From Octopus vulgaris (taxonomy: Eukaryota): 64,000 bases of DNA. The position numbers and the translations under genes were made by a program. Of the stretch, positions 52,473 through 64,000 are shown piece after piece. The stretch lies in NCBI GenBank assembly GCA_951406725.2, contig OX597825.1:36208001-36272000 (forward strand). The letters run 5' to 3'. The notes beneath the pieces are model-generated. The model did not search any database. It was not told where the DNA came from and worked only from the letters and a program-made list of their open reading frames with translations. Numbering within the stretch: the first letter of the stretch is position 1; each line of letters starts with the position of its first letter.

Positions 52473-53997
52473 CGTTGAGTGTTTGTAAGTTATTTTTACA
52501 GTTGTAATTTTGTGTTTTTTAACACTTTGTAAATTATTTTTGCGCTGCTTTGCAGTGGTTTTGCTAGAGGTGCTTTCTTTCCGCTTTAAGGAGAGTTAGC
52601 CAGGATAATGGCAAAAGTAATGTTTTACTCAGACCTTAGTAGCATTGAGTTGTCCTCTTCAGATAAAGAACTAACAATGGCGGTGAATAAGATGGACAAA
52701 GTATTAGGTAAAAAGAACTTCGCAGAAGTGACAAAAGAAAAAAAGAAGAGAGATGGACTTAGCAAATATTGACAAAGGCGGTAAAATGGCGCATAGAGAG
52801 TGGGATGACGTTACGTTGTCACCACTCAAGAAGATAGAGGAAATGGAAAAAAAGATCGTGGTGTAATCCATTTTAGGATAGAGGAAGTGGCAAGGCAACA
52901 GGCAGTGACTACGGCAAGAACAGATAAAGTGGTCCTTCTACCCACTTATCTTGGAAAAAAGACTTCCAAGATTAGGGTAGAAGGAATCCCACCAGATATA
53001 GATGTGTCTTGGGTTGCGGCAGCGGTCCTCGGAAATAAGGAAGAGGTGGCCGTCATTCAGGCCACAGAAATAGAAGGAACAAAATGGAAAGGCAAGACGC
53101 TAGACCTAATTGTTCAAGCGGAAGTGGAAACTCTGGAAGGACTCGTAGAAACGGTGTCGATCGGAGAGACGATTCTAAGAGTGTGGGTGGAGGGAAGAGT
53201 CCCTCGTTAATTTAAATGTGACCAGAAAGGCCACATTATGGCACACTGTACCACACAGAAAACAACAGAAAAAGAGGAAACTGAGCCAGAAAAAATACAG
53301 GAGATATTGGAGGAAGCGCAGAGTAAGGAGGAAGTATGGACAGTAGCTGGGAAAAAGAGAAAGAAAGGAGGGAACGAGATGGAACCCCAAACCGTCCCAT
53401 CCCTCCCACTCCCACTCAGTCTCACCTTCTACCTGCAGACACCAAATCCACCCATTCCCCTACTTTACAAAAGAAAAAGAAAAAAGAAAGCAAACAGACA
53501 TCACAGGATTTACAAAAGCTCCCTCCCCGTGAGAATTATTGTTTGTTGACAGAATAGGATTTGATTTGTGAGATTAGGAGGTGGAAAAAGGCGAAATTTG
53601 TGAACATGGAGGGATTCATAAACATTATAGGCTTGCAATTGTGTGTACTGGTAACTCAAAGCCAAAAGGATGTGATATCCAAATATAAAAAAGGAGTCAT
53701 ATATTGGAGGCTGTACACGGACATTAAAAAGTCACCGTATAGTTTGAAGTACAAAGACTTAATAAAGCAGCATTGAGTCTATATATTAAGGGACACACCT
53801 TATAAATGGTAAAGGGAAGAAATGAGACTGCTTGGTGGGGCAAATAGTTCAATTTCATATTCATTTCATTGTTATCATACATGTATATCATACGCTTTTA
53901 ATTTTTATATTTATTTATTTGTCTGTGTAATTTTTTATGTCTTCCACATGCGTTGTGCCAATTTCTGTGTGTACTCTTTATGAGAAATAAAGAAACT
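52473..53997 (+). mobile_element. ORF1-only non-LTR retroelement inserted in a SINE (copy A)
   Basis: Decayed ORF 52608-53776 (LLPTYLGKKTSKIRVEGIPPDIDVSWVAAAVLG...GRVPR*FKCDQKGHIMAHC). AATAAA at 53986. Flanked by the 21-bp duplication CTGGCAGAATCG(A/T)TA(C/G)CACGC at 52452-52472 and 53998-54018. Confidence 0.85.
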
Positions 53998-56900
53998 CTG
54001 GCAGAATCGTTAGCACGCGAAGAATTTCGCCCGTCTTCACGTTTTGAATTCAAATTCTGCCGATGTCGACTATGCCTTTCATCCTTTGGAGTTCATAAAA
54101 TACGTAGCAGCAGTTGAAGACTGGAGTCTGTGTAATCAACTTACTTCAATCTCGAAAATTGCTGGCTATGTGCCAAAATTTGAAACCATTCGACGACTCT
54201 ATATCTCCCATCATGCAGCATTTCTGTGTTCCGTTGTACTAAACCAAATTTTTTCCTTCAAAACGCCCTTTTTTTTTGTTTTAAAGAAGGAAGAACGTAT
54301 CAGATTATGTCCTGGTGGTCATGGCTGGAATGCCTTATATCATAGATTTGCTGAGTCACCGTTGAAATTGTTCTCGTCGATACTAAGAGTTTAGGAATAA
54401 TTTTGCCACTATTGATTAATATTTATGGTGTGTACTGAATCCCCGGATGTGAAGATTTAGTGTGAACATGAATTAGGCAGCTGAAATGGTTAGAACATAG
54501 TACATATTTTTAATTTTTTTTTTTAGCAATTAGTTTATTTGAACATTTTCATTGAAAGATAATTTGTTTAGCTACTACTACCATTATTTCTTTTTAATGA
54601 TAATATTAGAGTTTGAAACATTGATTTGTCTTTAAAAATACATTTAAGAAAGTGAAAATTCTCGAGAAACCAATAACATTTATTAGTGCTGCGTTTTACT
54701 ATAATTTCTAACTTTAAAAATCCGAGATTAATTAAAAACGATATTATTATTATGTAAATGTTTCAAAATTGAATGAGTTTGTTCAAGTTATTCAGAAGTG
54801 ATGATTAACAATCCTAATCCTAAAATGAGTATAAGGTCACTCACTTTTTAGAAAAAGCTGTAGTCGATAAAACTGGGCTTAGAACTTGACTAATGTTTAC
54901 TTTATCGACTCCTGGAAGGATAAACACTAAACTAGCCTTTGTAGGATTTGAACTTAGGTGTAACTAAACACTACAAATCGTTTTGTTCGACACTCCGGTA
55001 ATCTGACACTCTAAGAGTATTGATTTTTAAACATAGGCGCAGTTTTTCGTTAGTACATGCTTTATCAACGCCGAGAAGAAAAAGACAAGAGTCGATCCTA
55101 GACGGATTTTAATCCGAGCAAAAAGAAGTGTAACAATCACAAACCATTTTGTCTACAGTTTTACCAACCCATCGCCCTAGAGTCGACATTTTCAACCCTA
55201 CTACTATGTAATGACCATAGCTGTACCGCGGATTTCAGGGGCGAGTGAAAGACAGCCATGATATTCAGAAATCTTAAGTAGTTTTAATTCACCACAATAC
55301 ATGTGTGCTCTTTTGTGGATTAAATGCAATACATGCATCTATTTTTTAAAACGGTTTCAATCCTCACTTTTTTGTGTGTGTGCATAGCAATGAAACTTTG
55401 AAAAAGCTGATGATACGCTGCCTAAAGTTCTAGCTCTTTCGTTGGTATATTCTTATTGAAACACTTTGTTTTAATTATATAAAAAAATGGAAAATTTAGT
55501 GAAATAATTTTGTCCTCGTTAAGTCTTTAATTTTGATCATTTTAAAACGCGAAGTTTTGGACGGGTTGATATCAAAATAGTTAAAGAATGAAATAAATAT
55601 AATTCATTAATTTAAGGGACACAACTCTTAGAAAATATGGAAAGATACGATGAGACGATATAGTGGAGTAAAAAAGATGTCTAGTGATTTAGTCATACAT
55701 GGTCAGTGGCAGATTTTGATATCCTATAATCAGCATCGTTATTAAAGAAAAATAATCTTAGTTTAGGCTCTTCGTGTGTGTACGAGTGTGTTTCAAGTCT
55801 CATACGGTGTGAGCATCATCGCTCCTACACATGACCGCAAATCATATCGCTTGCAAAGCACAATATATCTCAATAATTAATAAAATAACGGTTAACAAAA
55901 AAAAGAAAGAAAGAAAGAAAAAATACCATTTAAGCTTGTATTAAAGCCTTGTAGCGGGATTAATACTAAATTCAAGAGCGAAATGACTGTTTAAAACTGA
56001 AGAAATATTTTTGTTTAACTAGTTGTTATGGTAACCTTATCGAGGGTACGTAACTCTAGAACTGTTCGTGTTAATCGCGGAAATTTTCTTTTAAAAATTC
56101 TAAAATAACAAAACAATTTCTTTTGATACCCATTTTGAATTTTTTTTTTTTTTTCATTTTAGCAATCAGCTTCAATTTGCTTTAAATTTATTACTTGTAT
56201 ACACTTCGTGTGTGTTTAAGAAGTGAGATTTATTTTCACAAATGAGGGGGAAAAGTACTCAAAGCGTATAATTATGATTCGTGATTGTTTTCTCCTCATC
56301 TGCCATCACTCAGAGTTGTCAGTTTTTAAACTTTCGCACAGGTCACAGTTTTTGAGTGAAAACAAGCAATTTCGAATAATGATTGAGGGAAATACTAGCT
56401 GTGTTGTCTCTCTTTCTCTCTCTCTCTATCTATCACATTTTACTTATATATATTTATATGTGAATGGTTTTTTTAAAAACAATATATATAGTGGACAGGG
56501 ATGTATTTTATATATATGCGCGTGTGTGTGTTACGACGGTAATTCACTGTAGGACAGGACTCGTCATTATGACTTTTTCTCAGGCACCATTGATGTTTGT
56601 AGGCGTGTCCCTTCCCTCGCTTCCTCACCCTCGCTGACTATAAGCACTGATGATTCGTAGGCTGTATTGATGGAATAAAACGGATGTTTTGATTCGCATG
56701 GTTGCTAGGTAATGAATAACAATAACACATTTATTTCATTGAAAACGACGTTTATTCGGATATATGTCGGGGCAGATTTATAACAAAGAGAGTATCTGTT
56801 TGAGATTTACGTATATGAAATAAGACTTGTGTATATAATTAACCATTCACATCGATTGTTAAGGTAACGAAAATTTATTCTCATCGAACCCTTTTTAAAT

Positions 56901-57010
56901 ACGTTTCTTTATCGAAGAGTTTTGTTTCCCTTTTTAGGGTGTTTGTTTTTAAAAAATCTTATAGAATATTCAAAATAGTATATTATAATTAAAAAGTTAA
57001 AGAAAATATG

Positions 57011-57342
57011 GCACACCTACGCAAGTGTACTCTATCGATTTTGTTTCCTCATAACTCTTAGACAAATGATTATTTTTGATGAAATTTTCTACGAATGCCT
57101 TTCAGATGATGTAAATTACAATTATATCGGAATGTATTATGAAAAAGAAAATGGTGGTCGCGCACACAGACCTACTGCCATGCATAGCATCGTTTTTTCG
57201 AAATCTCAAGTTGCATTTTGTTGATATATGTGTGATTTGCATTAGTATTAGTAAAAAAATTTGTAGGAAGTTTCATTGAGATATCCATTAAAAAAAAAAA
57301 AGTTATGAGGAAACAAAGTCAAGCAGGAGCACACAGTATGCC
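57011..57342. mobile_element. TIR MITE family; other copies at 62558-63018 and partial 16189-16380
   Basis: GCA(C/T)ACCTAC(G/A)CAAGT...TTTGTTTCCTCATAACT at the left end is mirrored by AGTTATGAGGAAACAAAG...GTATGC at the right end. Confidence 0.7.
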
Positions 57343-57394
57343 GACAATATTGATACTATTGTAAGGCGGTGAGCTGGCAGAAACGTCAGCACGC

Positions 57395-59014
57395 TACTCA
57401 GTGTCTGTAAGTTGTTTTTGCAGTAATCTTCACTGTGTTAGTGTCGTTGTAATTTTGTGTCAGTGTTTTTTGACCCTCTGTAAATTGTTTTTGTGCTGCT
57501 TTGCAGCTATTCGTTTGTGATTCCCCTCCTCATAGATTAGGGTCGGCTTAAGGAAAAAGATGTCTGAAGAAGACTTCAGCTTTTCAGATATGTCATCTTC
57601 AGAGGAAGAATTTTTGAAAACGGTCAAGAAAATGGACAATAAATTAAACGAAGAAAAGAGAAACTTTGCAGACATGGCAAAATGCCAGGAAAATGATGTC
57701 AATATCGGTGAGTTTGAAAATTACAAAAATTGTTAAGTCAGGATAGATTTGACGTTAAGTTGCCCCTCCCCACAACCGCATGAGATGCTTAATGATATCA
57801 AAGAAAGGACAATTTTGTACAAGACATTTTCAATAATTAAAGGAAAAATTGACGTCGTGACCATGGGTGAAGTGGAGAAGGCGTTAGGACCAATATGGCA
57901 TGAAATTGTGTACCTTGCAAGAGGATGTGGCAACAGCAGAAAAGCACACAGCAACTACTATTAAGAGTGAGGAAGTGGTGCTTTTGCCCACTTACTGTGA
58001 ATAACATGCGACCAGAATTAGAGTGGAGGGAATTCTGCCAGAGATAGATGTGGCCTGGATAGCAGCTGCTGTCCTTCTGGGAAATGAGGACAATATAGTG
58101 ATTCTCCAGGCCACAAAAACACACAGTGTTATATGGAAGGGACATATACTGGACATGATTATTCTAGGTTCAATTGAAATCCTAGAAAACATTACAAAAA
58201 CAATAAGTATGGACAGCGTGATAATGAGGGTCAGGGTGGGGGGTCAAAATCCCTAGATGCTTTAAATGTGACCTGAAAGGCCACATCAGATCAGATTGCC
58301 CTTCAAAGACCAAAAAGATGGAGATACAAGAGGAAGAGACCCAGAAAGAGCAAGAAAAGATATCAACAGAAGAAGAGAAGAAAGAAACAGAGAACAAATG
58401 GGAAACAATAGGAAAAAGGAAAAAATTAAGCCCATAACCACCCAACACCCTCTTCGACCCACCCTACCCCCTACAAACACCAAACCTGCCCATCCCTCTC
58501 TGACACAGAAAAATGTACAAACAGAACTCCCAAACTACCTCCCTCCAGACAAACAAAGAGGAAAAAAAAATGCCATGCAGTAATGTATGAGTACTCAAAT
58601 GAAAAACTGTGTAAAGAAGTGTTATCTTGGGAAGACTTTAAAACAGTTGGAACAACGAGTTTTGACAACATAAAGGGATGGCACTGTTGTACGCTGTGCT
58701 CAGATGAACAGAAAAAAAGATTTAAAAGTGGATATAGGTGTTGGGAGGTCAAATTGGACTGGGATGTATTACCACAGTATATGACATATGAGGAAGTGGT
58801 GGAAGAATTCGAAATTGATCTTCTAGTGAGAATGAAGTTTAAAAGGTATAAATGAAGCTGCTATGAAGTGGGGCATAGTGGTTTCATTCCATTTTTCATT
58901 TCACTTTCCATGTCATTCTTCGTATGTTGCTTCTAACTTTTTTCTCTGTTTGTGTGTCACCACATGTATGTTGTTCCCTCTATGTTTGCCCTGTAGTGGG
59001 TAGTAAAAAAAATT
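57395..59014 (+). mobile_element. ORF1-only non-LTR retroelement inserted in a SINE (copy B)
   Basis: Decayed ORF 57560-58855 (LLPTY...RIRVEGILPEIDVAWIAAAVLLG...PRCFKCDLKGHIRSDC, an intact CX2CX4HX4C knuckle). A-rich tail at 59005-59012. 16-bp duplication at 57379-57394 and 59015-59030. Confidence 0.87.
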
Positions 59015-59454
59015 AGAAACATTAGCAGGCCGGGTGAAATGCTTAGCGGTATTTCGTCTGTCTTTACGTTCTGAGTTCAAATTCCGCTGAGATTGATTTT
59101 GCCTTTCATCCTTTCGGGGCCGATAAATTAAGTACCAGTTGCATACTGGGGTCAATCTAATTGAATGACCCCCTCCCCCAAAATTTCGGGCCTTGTGCCT
59201 AGAATAGAAAAGAATATTGGTACTATTGTACAATGCAGCTCTCTTTGATTTATTATCAGTATTGAATCCTTTTGCCTATTAAATGCTTTTAAATGAAGAC
59301 ACTCGTTTCTCTATTGTATACCTTTTTAACTGAAGACATATTTATCAAGCCAAAGAAACCTCTGTGTGCTCTTTATTACTGATCCTTGGTAAAAATTAGT
59401 GGTGTCACTTTTACATGCATTCTACCTGGCCATTTACACCTTTGCATGCAGTCT

Positions 59455-59532
59455 TACCCAAATCCTAACTCTTAACCCTTACCCTAAACCCTCACCTAGC
59501 CCTAAAATCTAATCTGAACCCTAACCCCAACT
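59455..59532. repeat. Degenerate telomere-like (CCCTAA)n tract
   Basis: CCTAAC/CCCTAA variants repeated about a dozen times. Confidence 0.7.
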
Positions 59533-61454
59533 CAGATAGGTCATTTCACAGCATAGACTGTGGATACTGCAGAAAGCCGCATGCTAAAGTAGCACTGAAG
59601 TAGTTTGCCTCAGTTTTCTCAGGAAGATGTTATTTAAAGCAGCTTTCATATGATTGACAGAAACTCCAACACCATGCTGGTTGTTGTTATTGTTTAACCT
59701 CCAGATAAAGTAGACCTTATATTTAAAGTTATTCAAGCCATAAGCATCCATCTTCTTTTTCAGATATAATGGTCTTCCAACTATACCATTCAGTGTATGC
59801 TTCCTATTTTAGAAAAGTATGATGTTACATGAAAGAAATCTGGCTATTATTTCTAGCAAGTTGAGCGACCATCTAGAGGTTCTCTGTTGACCCATGGTAG
59901 GTAGATTTTATTTTGAGTCAACAATGCTTTTGTTAACAGAGATTGTAATTTTCATTAAAGGGTGAGCAATCAAGGAGTGAGTGTCTTCATATTATAATAT
60001 TTAAGGGTTGAAAGTATTCAATAATGAATGGCTGCCACGTTGTTCTGTGGTAATCTGTATTTTATAATTAGACAGTTGAAGACTCTGTTATTAAGTATAG
60101 CACATTAGAGTTGAAAAATTAAAAACACTATATTATGCTATCCAAATGTATTCTCGCATTTCTTTCAGAAATGGTATATATGACTTTTTAGTAAATTATT
60201 ATTGTGTAATTACTGAATACCTACTCAAATCACACACTCTCTCTTTCTCTCTATCCCTCACACACACACATATGCAAGCATGAGAAAGTGGATATTAAAA
60301 TAGAAAAAAATACACACATCTATATATGTATGTATGAATGTACACTGCACACATACACATGTATATAAACTTGCATCCATCATTCAGCAAAGTTTGTAAG
60401 GGGTAGTATATTGATTTCTAGTTTAGGAGGGCTGTAATCATTAATCCTTTGTTGGTAGTGCACAATATTAGGTGGCTCCATGTGAAGTCAAGAATGACCA
60501 CACTAATATTTGAGTTTTCATATAGACTTATTAACACACATTGCTTATATTTACATGTATACATATATTTAATTTAAAGGAACGATGAGTGCATATTTGA
60601 CATTATTATGCAAAGCCAACCCCTTTTCTCAAACGTGACATAAAGATTTTAAGTAATGAAAAGTGGAAGAGGGCATGGGAATATCACATACAGTGACATA
60701 GTTCAGTGTGGGTTCTGGATGGCTCTATCTGAGGTTGAATTTGTTAACTTTTTATAACTGTAAGTAAAAGTATCTAGAACTTTTGGTCAGGCTATTTGAT
60801 GGGAAAACTTTCTCATTTCCTTTTAAGTTCACTGAATCAACCATAACAAGTAGCAATTCTAATTGGTTGGACTATATTTGTATAGGCATCAATACCTCCT
60901 ATAACAAACAACATGTTGCCTTTAATGATGGCATGTCAACTGAAGCCTCACTACATTAGTATATACACAAGCTCTGTAATTTTTGGTAAGGACATATTCA
61001 ATTAAGCTCAAACTCAGTTCTTCGTTGGAACTTGATTTTATTAACTTGAGAAGGATGAAAGAAAAATCAGTTCTTGTAGGATTTGAAACCATGTGGTCTC
61101 AACCATTTCTGTCAGTTCACCATTCTTTTTAGGCTGGTATATTATGACAAAATAGGAACAAAAAGAAAACGAAATTTAGAATCACAGAAGAATACACATG
61201 TTTTGAAAATTAATTAATAATTCAGTGGTTGTTATGAATTAGGCTAATCTGCAGTGTTCTATTTATTTAATTAGCAATTAGTTGTATTTAGAAATAACTA
61301 ATGAAACAATCAACAAACTTATTATATTTATAGAGCATTAACAAGAACTGCTTAAAGTCAAAAGGAGTGGACAGTTGAAAGGGAAAGACTCACCAGGAGA
61401 AACAACATTGGACTCTGTTGTAAATGGACTGATGTTAGTTTTGACAATATTCTT

Positions 61455-61866
61455 TACTCTTTTACTCTTTTATTTGTTTCAGTCATTTGACTGTGGCCAT
61501 GCTGGAGCACCACCTTTAGTCGAGCAAATTGACCCCGGGACTTATTCTTTCTAAGCCCAGTACTTATTCTATCGGTCTCTTTTGCCGAACCGCTAAGTGA
61601 CGGGGACATAAACACACCAGCATCGGTTGTCAAGCAATGCCAGGGGGACAAACACAGAAACACAAACATACACACATACATACATATATGTATACATATA
61701 TACGACGGGCTTCCTTCAGTTTCCGTCTACCAAATCCACTCATAAGGCTTTGGTTGGCCCGAGGATATAGTAGAAGACACTTGCCCAAGATGCCACGGAG
61801 TGGGACGGAACCCGGAACCATGTGGTTTGAAAGTAAGCTACTTACCACACAACCACTCCTGCGCCT
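61455..61866 (-). mobile_element. Full-length tRNA-derived SINE
   Basis: Minus strand begins AGGCGCAGGAGTGGTTGTGTGGTAAG, has B box GGTTCCGTCCC and ends in (AAGAGT)n. Confidence 0.8.
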
Positions 61867-63767
61867 ATGATTTTTTTTTTAGTTGTTTGATCACTTAAAC
61901 TGTTTATTGAATTAGAGAGTGTGTGAACAGTTCTCAGATGACAACCCAGCATGATAATGATATAGCAAATCTGGGCAAACCTAATAAAAGTCATCTCACT
62001 TTCTGTCTATTCACTTTCACTCACAAAACTTATTCAACATACCATTCATTGGAATTGAACTTAGCACCTTGTAATTGCAAAGTGGATGTCTATAATTATT
62101 CATTCATGCTTCTTGTGAGAGAAATGAGTAATTTAGGATGACACAGAAAATTCTACCGACGTTTTGTTATTGCCATTGTATAGCCCCAGTTTAGCCTTTA
62201 TTTAAGATGGTAGATTGGACTGCTATTTCTAGCATGTAGAAATACTACATAGAGGCTTGTGTCAAATGGTTATTTAGTAAGGTGAATGTACTTAAAGTAG
62301 GGAGATTGAACTACCATTTCTAGCAAATAAATTTTCTACATAGAAGCTTGTAACACAGTTATTGAGTCAGGTGAATGTGGTAAACGTTTAAAGTGTAATG
62401 GACGTCTGTTAGCAATAGACAAGGGAGAGAATCTCAGAAGGTGTCAACTTGATTTTATGCCTGTCATCCACTGTTAAATTTGTCAACATTATCTCATCAT
62501 TTTGTGGTTTATATCTGAATGTGTTCTCATTCATTACACTTGTCACAAGATATTGGAGCATACCTACACAAGTAGGCACCCACCTTGATTTTGTTTCCTC
62601 ATAACTTTCAAAGTAATGGAATATTTTTTTGCAATGAAATTTTCTACAAATATCTTTTATCTACAGTATATTACAATAATATTGGGATTTGATGTAAAAA
62701 CAAAACAAAATGTTGTGCACACCTAAACATACAAACTAACATATCAAATGAATATATATATCTATATATATCAACAAAATGTTACTTGAAATTTTGAAAA
62801 AATTGTATGTTGTGTGTCATTATGTATGTGTGTGTGTCTACCAGTTATTATTATTATTATTATTATTATTATTTTTGCCCTTTAAATTCTGATATAATCA
62901 TCATTTATGCCATCTGAAATGTATCTGTAGAAAATTTCATTAAAAAATACCCATTTTTCTGTGAGTTATTAAGAAACAAAGTTGGTGTGTGGCAGGTGGA
63001 ACATTTGTGTAGGTATGCAAAAATCTATTATCTACAATATTCCACTGGTTACAGCATCTGGAGATTATGCTTTACAACACCTTAACTGTGGAACAAAATC
63101 AAAGACATAATCCAAATTTTCTACATGAAACAGTTTCAAGTGATTGGCTTTAAGCAACTTTTAAGTATAGAACAAAATTGCAGGTATACTCCAAATTTTT
63201 AACATAAAACAATCTTGTAAATGTGTAAATATATGCATCAAAATAGAAATAAGCAATAAGCAGATCTTGTTAGATTTCTTCCAACTTCTTGAAGTTTTTC
63301 AAATTTATTGTTTTGATGTAGTTTTGCATTTAATGATGAAAATCACATTCATTAAACTACTTCAAAGCTAAACATTTTAAAAAATAATCTGAAAATTTGA
63401 AAAACTTCAAGTGGTTGGAAGAAATTCAGCAAAAAGACAAAATGACAAAATATGGAATTTTCATGGGTTCCACAAGTTTCCAGTAATTTTTCATGGATGT
63501 TTGGTTTCATTTGTTAGTAGTGGGTATATAATTAGTGTTTAGGTGAAGTCAATAGTATATAATTAGTGAGTATTCTATTTAGTAAATAGCTTTTCATTAG
63601 TAAGTTGTACTTCATTATTTACATAATTAGTAATCAATGGTGTATAGTGAGTAGGTGTTTCATTAGTAAATAATGGTGTGTAATTGTTTCATTAGTAAGC
63701 AATGGTTTATAATTAAGAAATAATTAGTAATCAGTGGATTATAAGTGAGCATTTAATTACTTATTAA

Positions 63768-63853
63768 ATGGCTGAATTGAAGCCATTTATATAGGAATAG
63801 CTGAATTGAAGCCATTTTAATAGGAACAGCTGAATTAAAGCCATTTTAATACG
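63768..63853. repeat. 29-bp tandem repeat x3
   Basis: Unit GCTGAATTGAAGCCATTTTAATAGGAATA with variants. Confidence 0.85.
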
Positions 63854-63886
63854 GTTGCTATCATTCTTCTAGTTTTCTCCTTTTAG

Positions 63887-64000
63887 GAGCACTTCAAATC
63901 ATCAAGTTCATCAGGAATCAAAGTTGAATCTTTTCTCAATGCCACTAGCGGTGTCATCTGATGACAACACTGTGGTACTGAGCATACTCACTGAACTGAT
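63887..64000 (+). other. Possible exon of a plus-strand gene running out of the window
   Basis: Pyrimidine-rich acceptor TTTTCTCCTTTTAG. One frame is open to the window end (STSNHQVHQESKLNLFSMPLAVSSDDNTVVLSILTEL). No recognisable homology. Confidence 0.3.

Noticed and set aside
62210-62380. ~92-bp diverged direct duplication
   Set aside because: An ordinary local tandem duplication of a SINE-tail-like fragment with no further structure.
63510-63853. Short periodic repeats as a CRISPR-like array
   Set aside because: These are head-to-tail tandem units with no unique spacers, in a eukaryotic context with no cas genes.

Overview
AT-rich, microsatellite-dense animal genomic DNA. The repeat families look cephalopod/octopus-like to me, which is inference only. 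One complete protein-coding gene can be assembled by hand: an 8-exon, minus-strand serine beta-lactamase-domain protein (428 aa, 36400->14417, all GT-AG introns, frame kept). The rest is mostly transposon debris: tRNA-type SINEs, non-autonomous Helitrons, mariner/Tc1 remnants, a hAT MITE, a non-autonomous Gypsy-type LTR element, and Penelope, R4/Dong, RTE and L1/Tx1 fragments. Five observations stand out. (1) Two ORF1-only (zinc-knuckle, no RT) retroelements each sit at the same position inside the same SINE family, with target-site duplications. (2) A 1.6-kb near-perfect palindrome carries a hammerhead-ribozyme motif with an 85-nt stem II in each arm, and further hammerhead motifs occur elsewhere. 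(3) A >=3.2-kb diverged palindrome has a branched, Helitron-end-like centre. (4) An LTR pair is almost identical except for the last ~25 bp. (5) A 28S rRNA fragment lies in intron 1. Most ORFs in the supplied track are microsatellite artefacts. All alignments and folds were done by eye.
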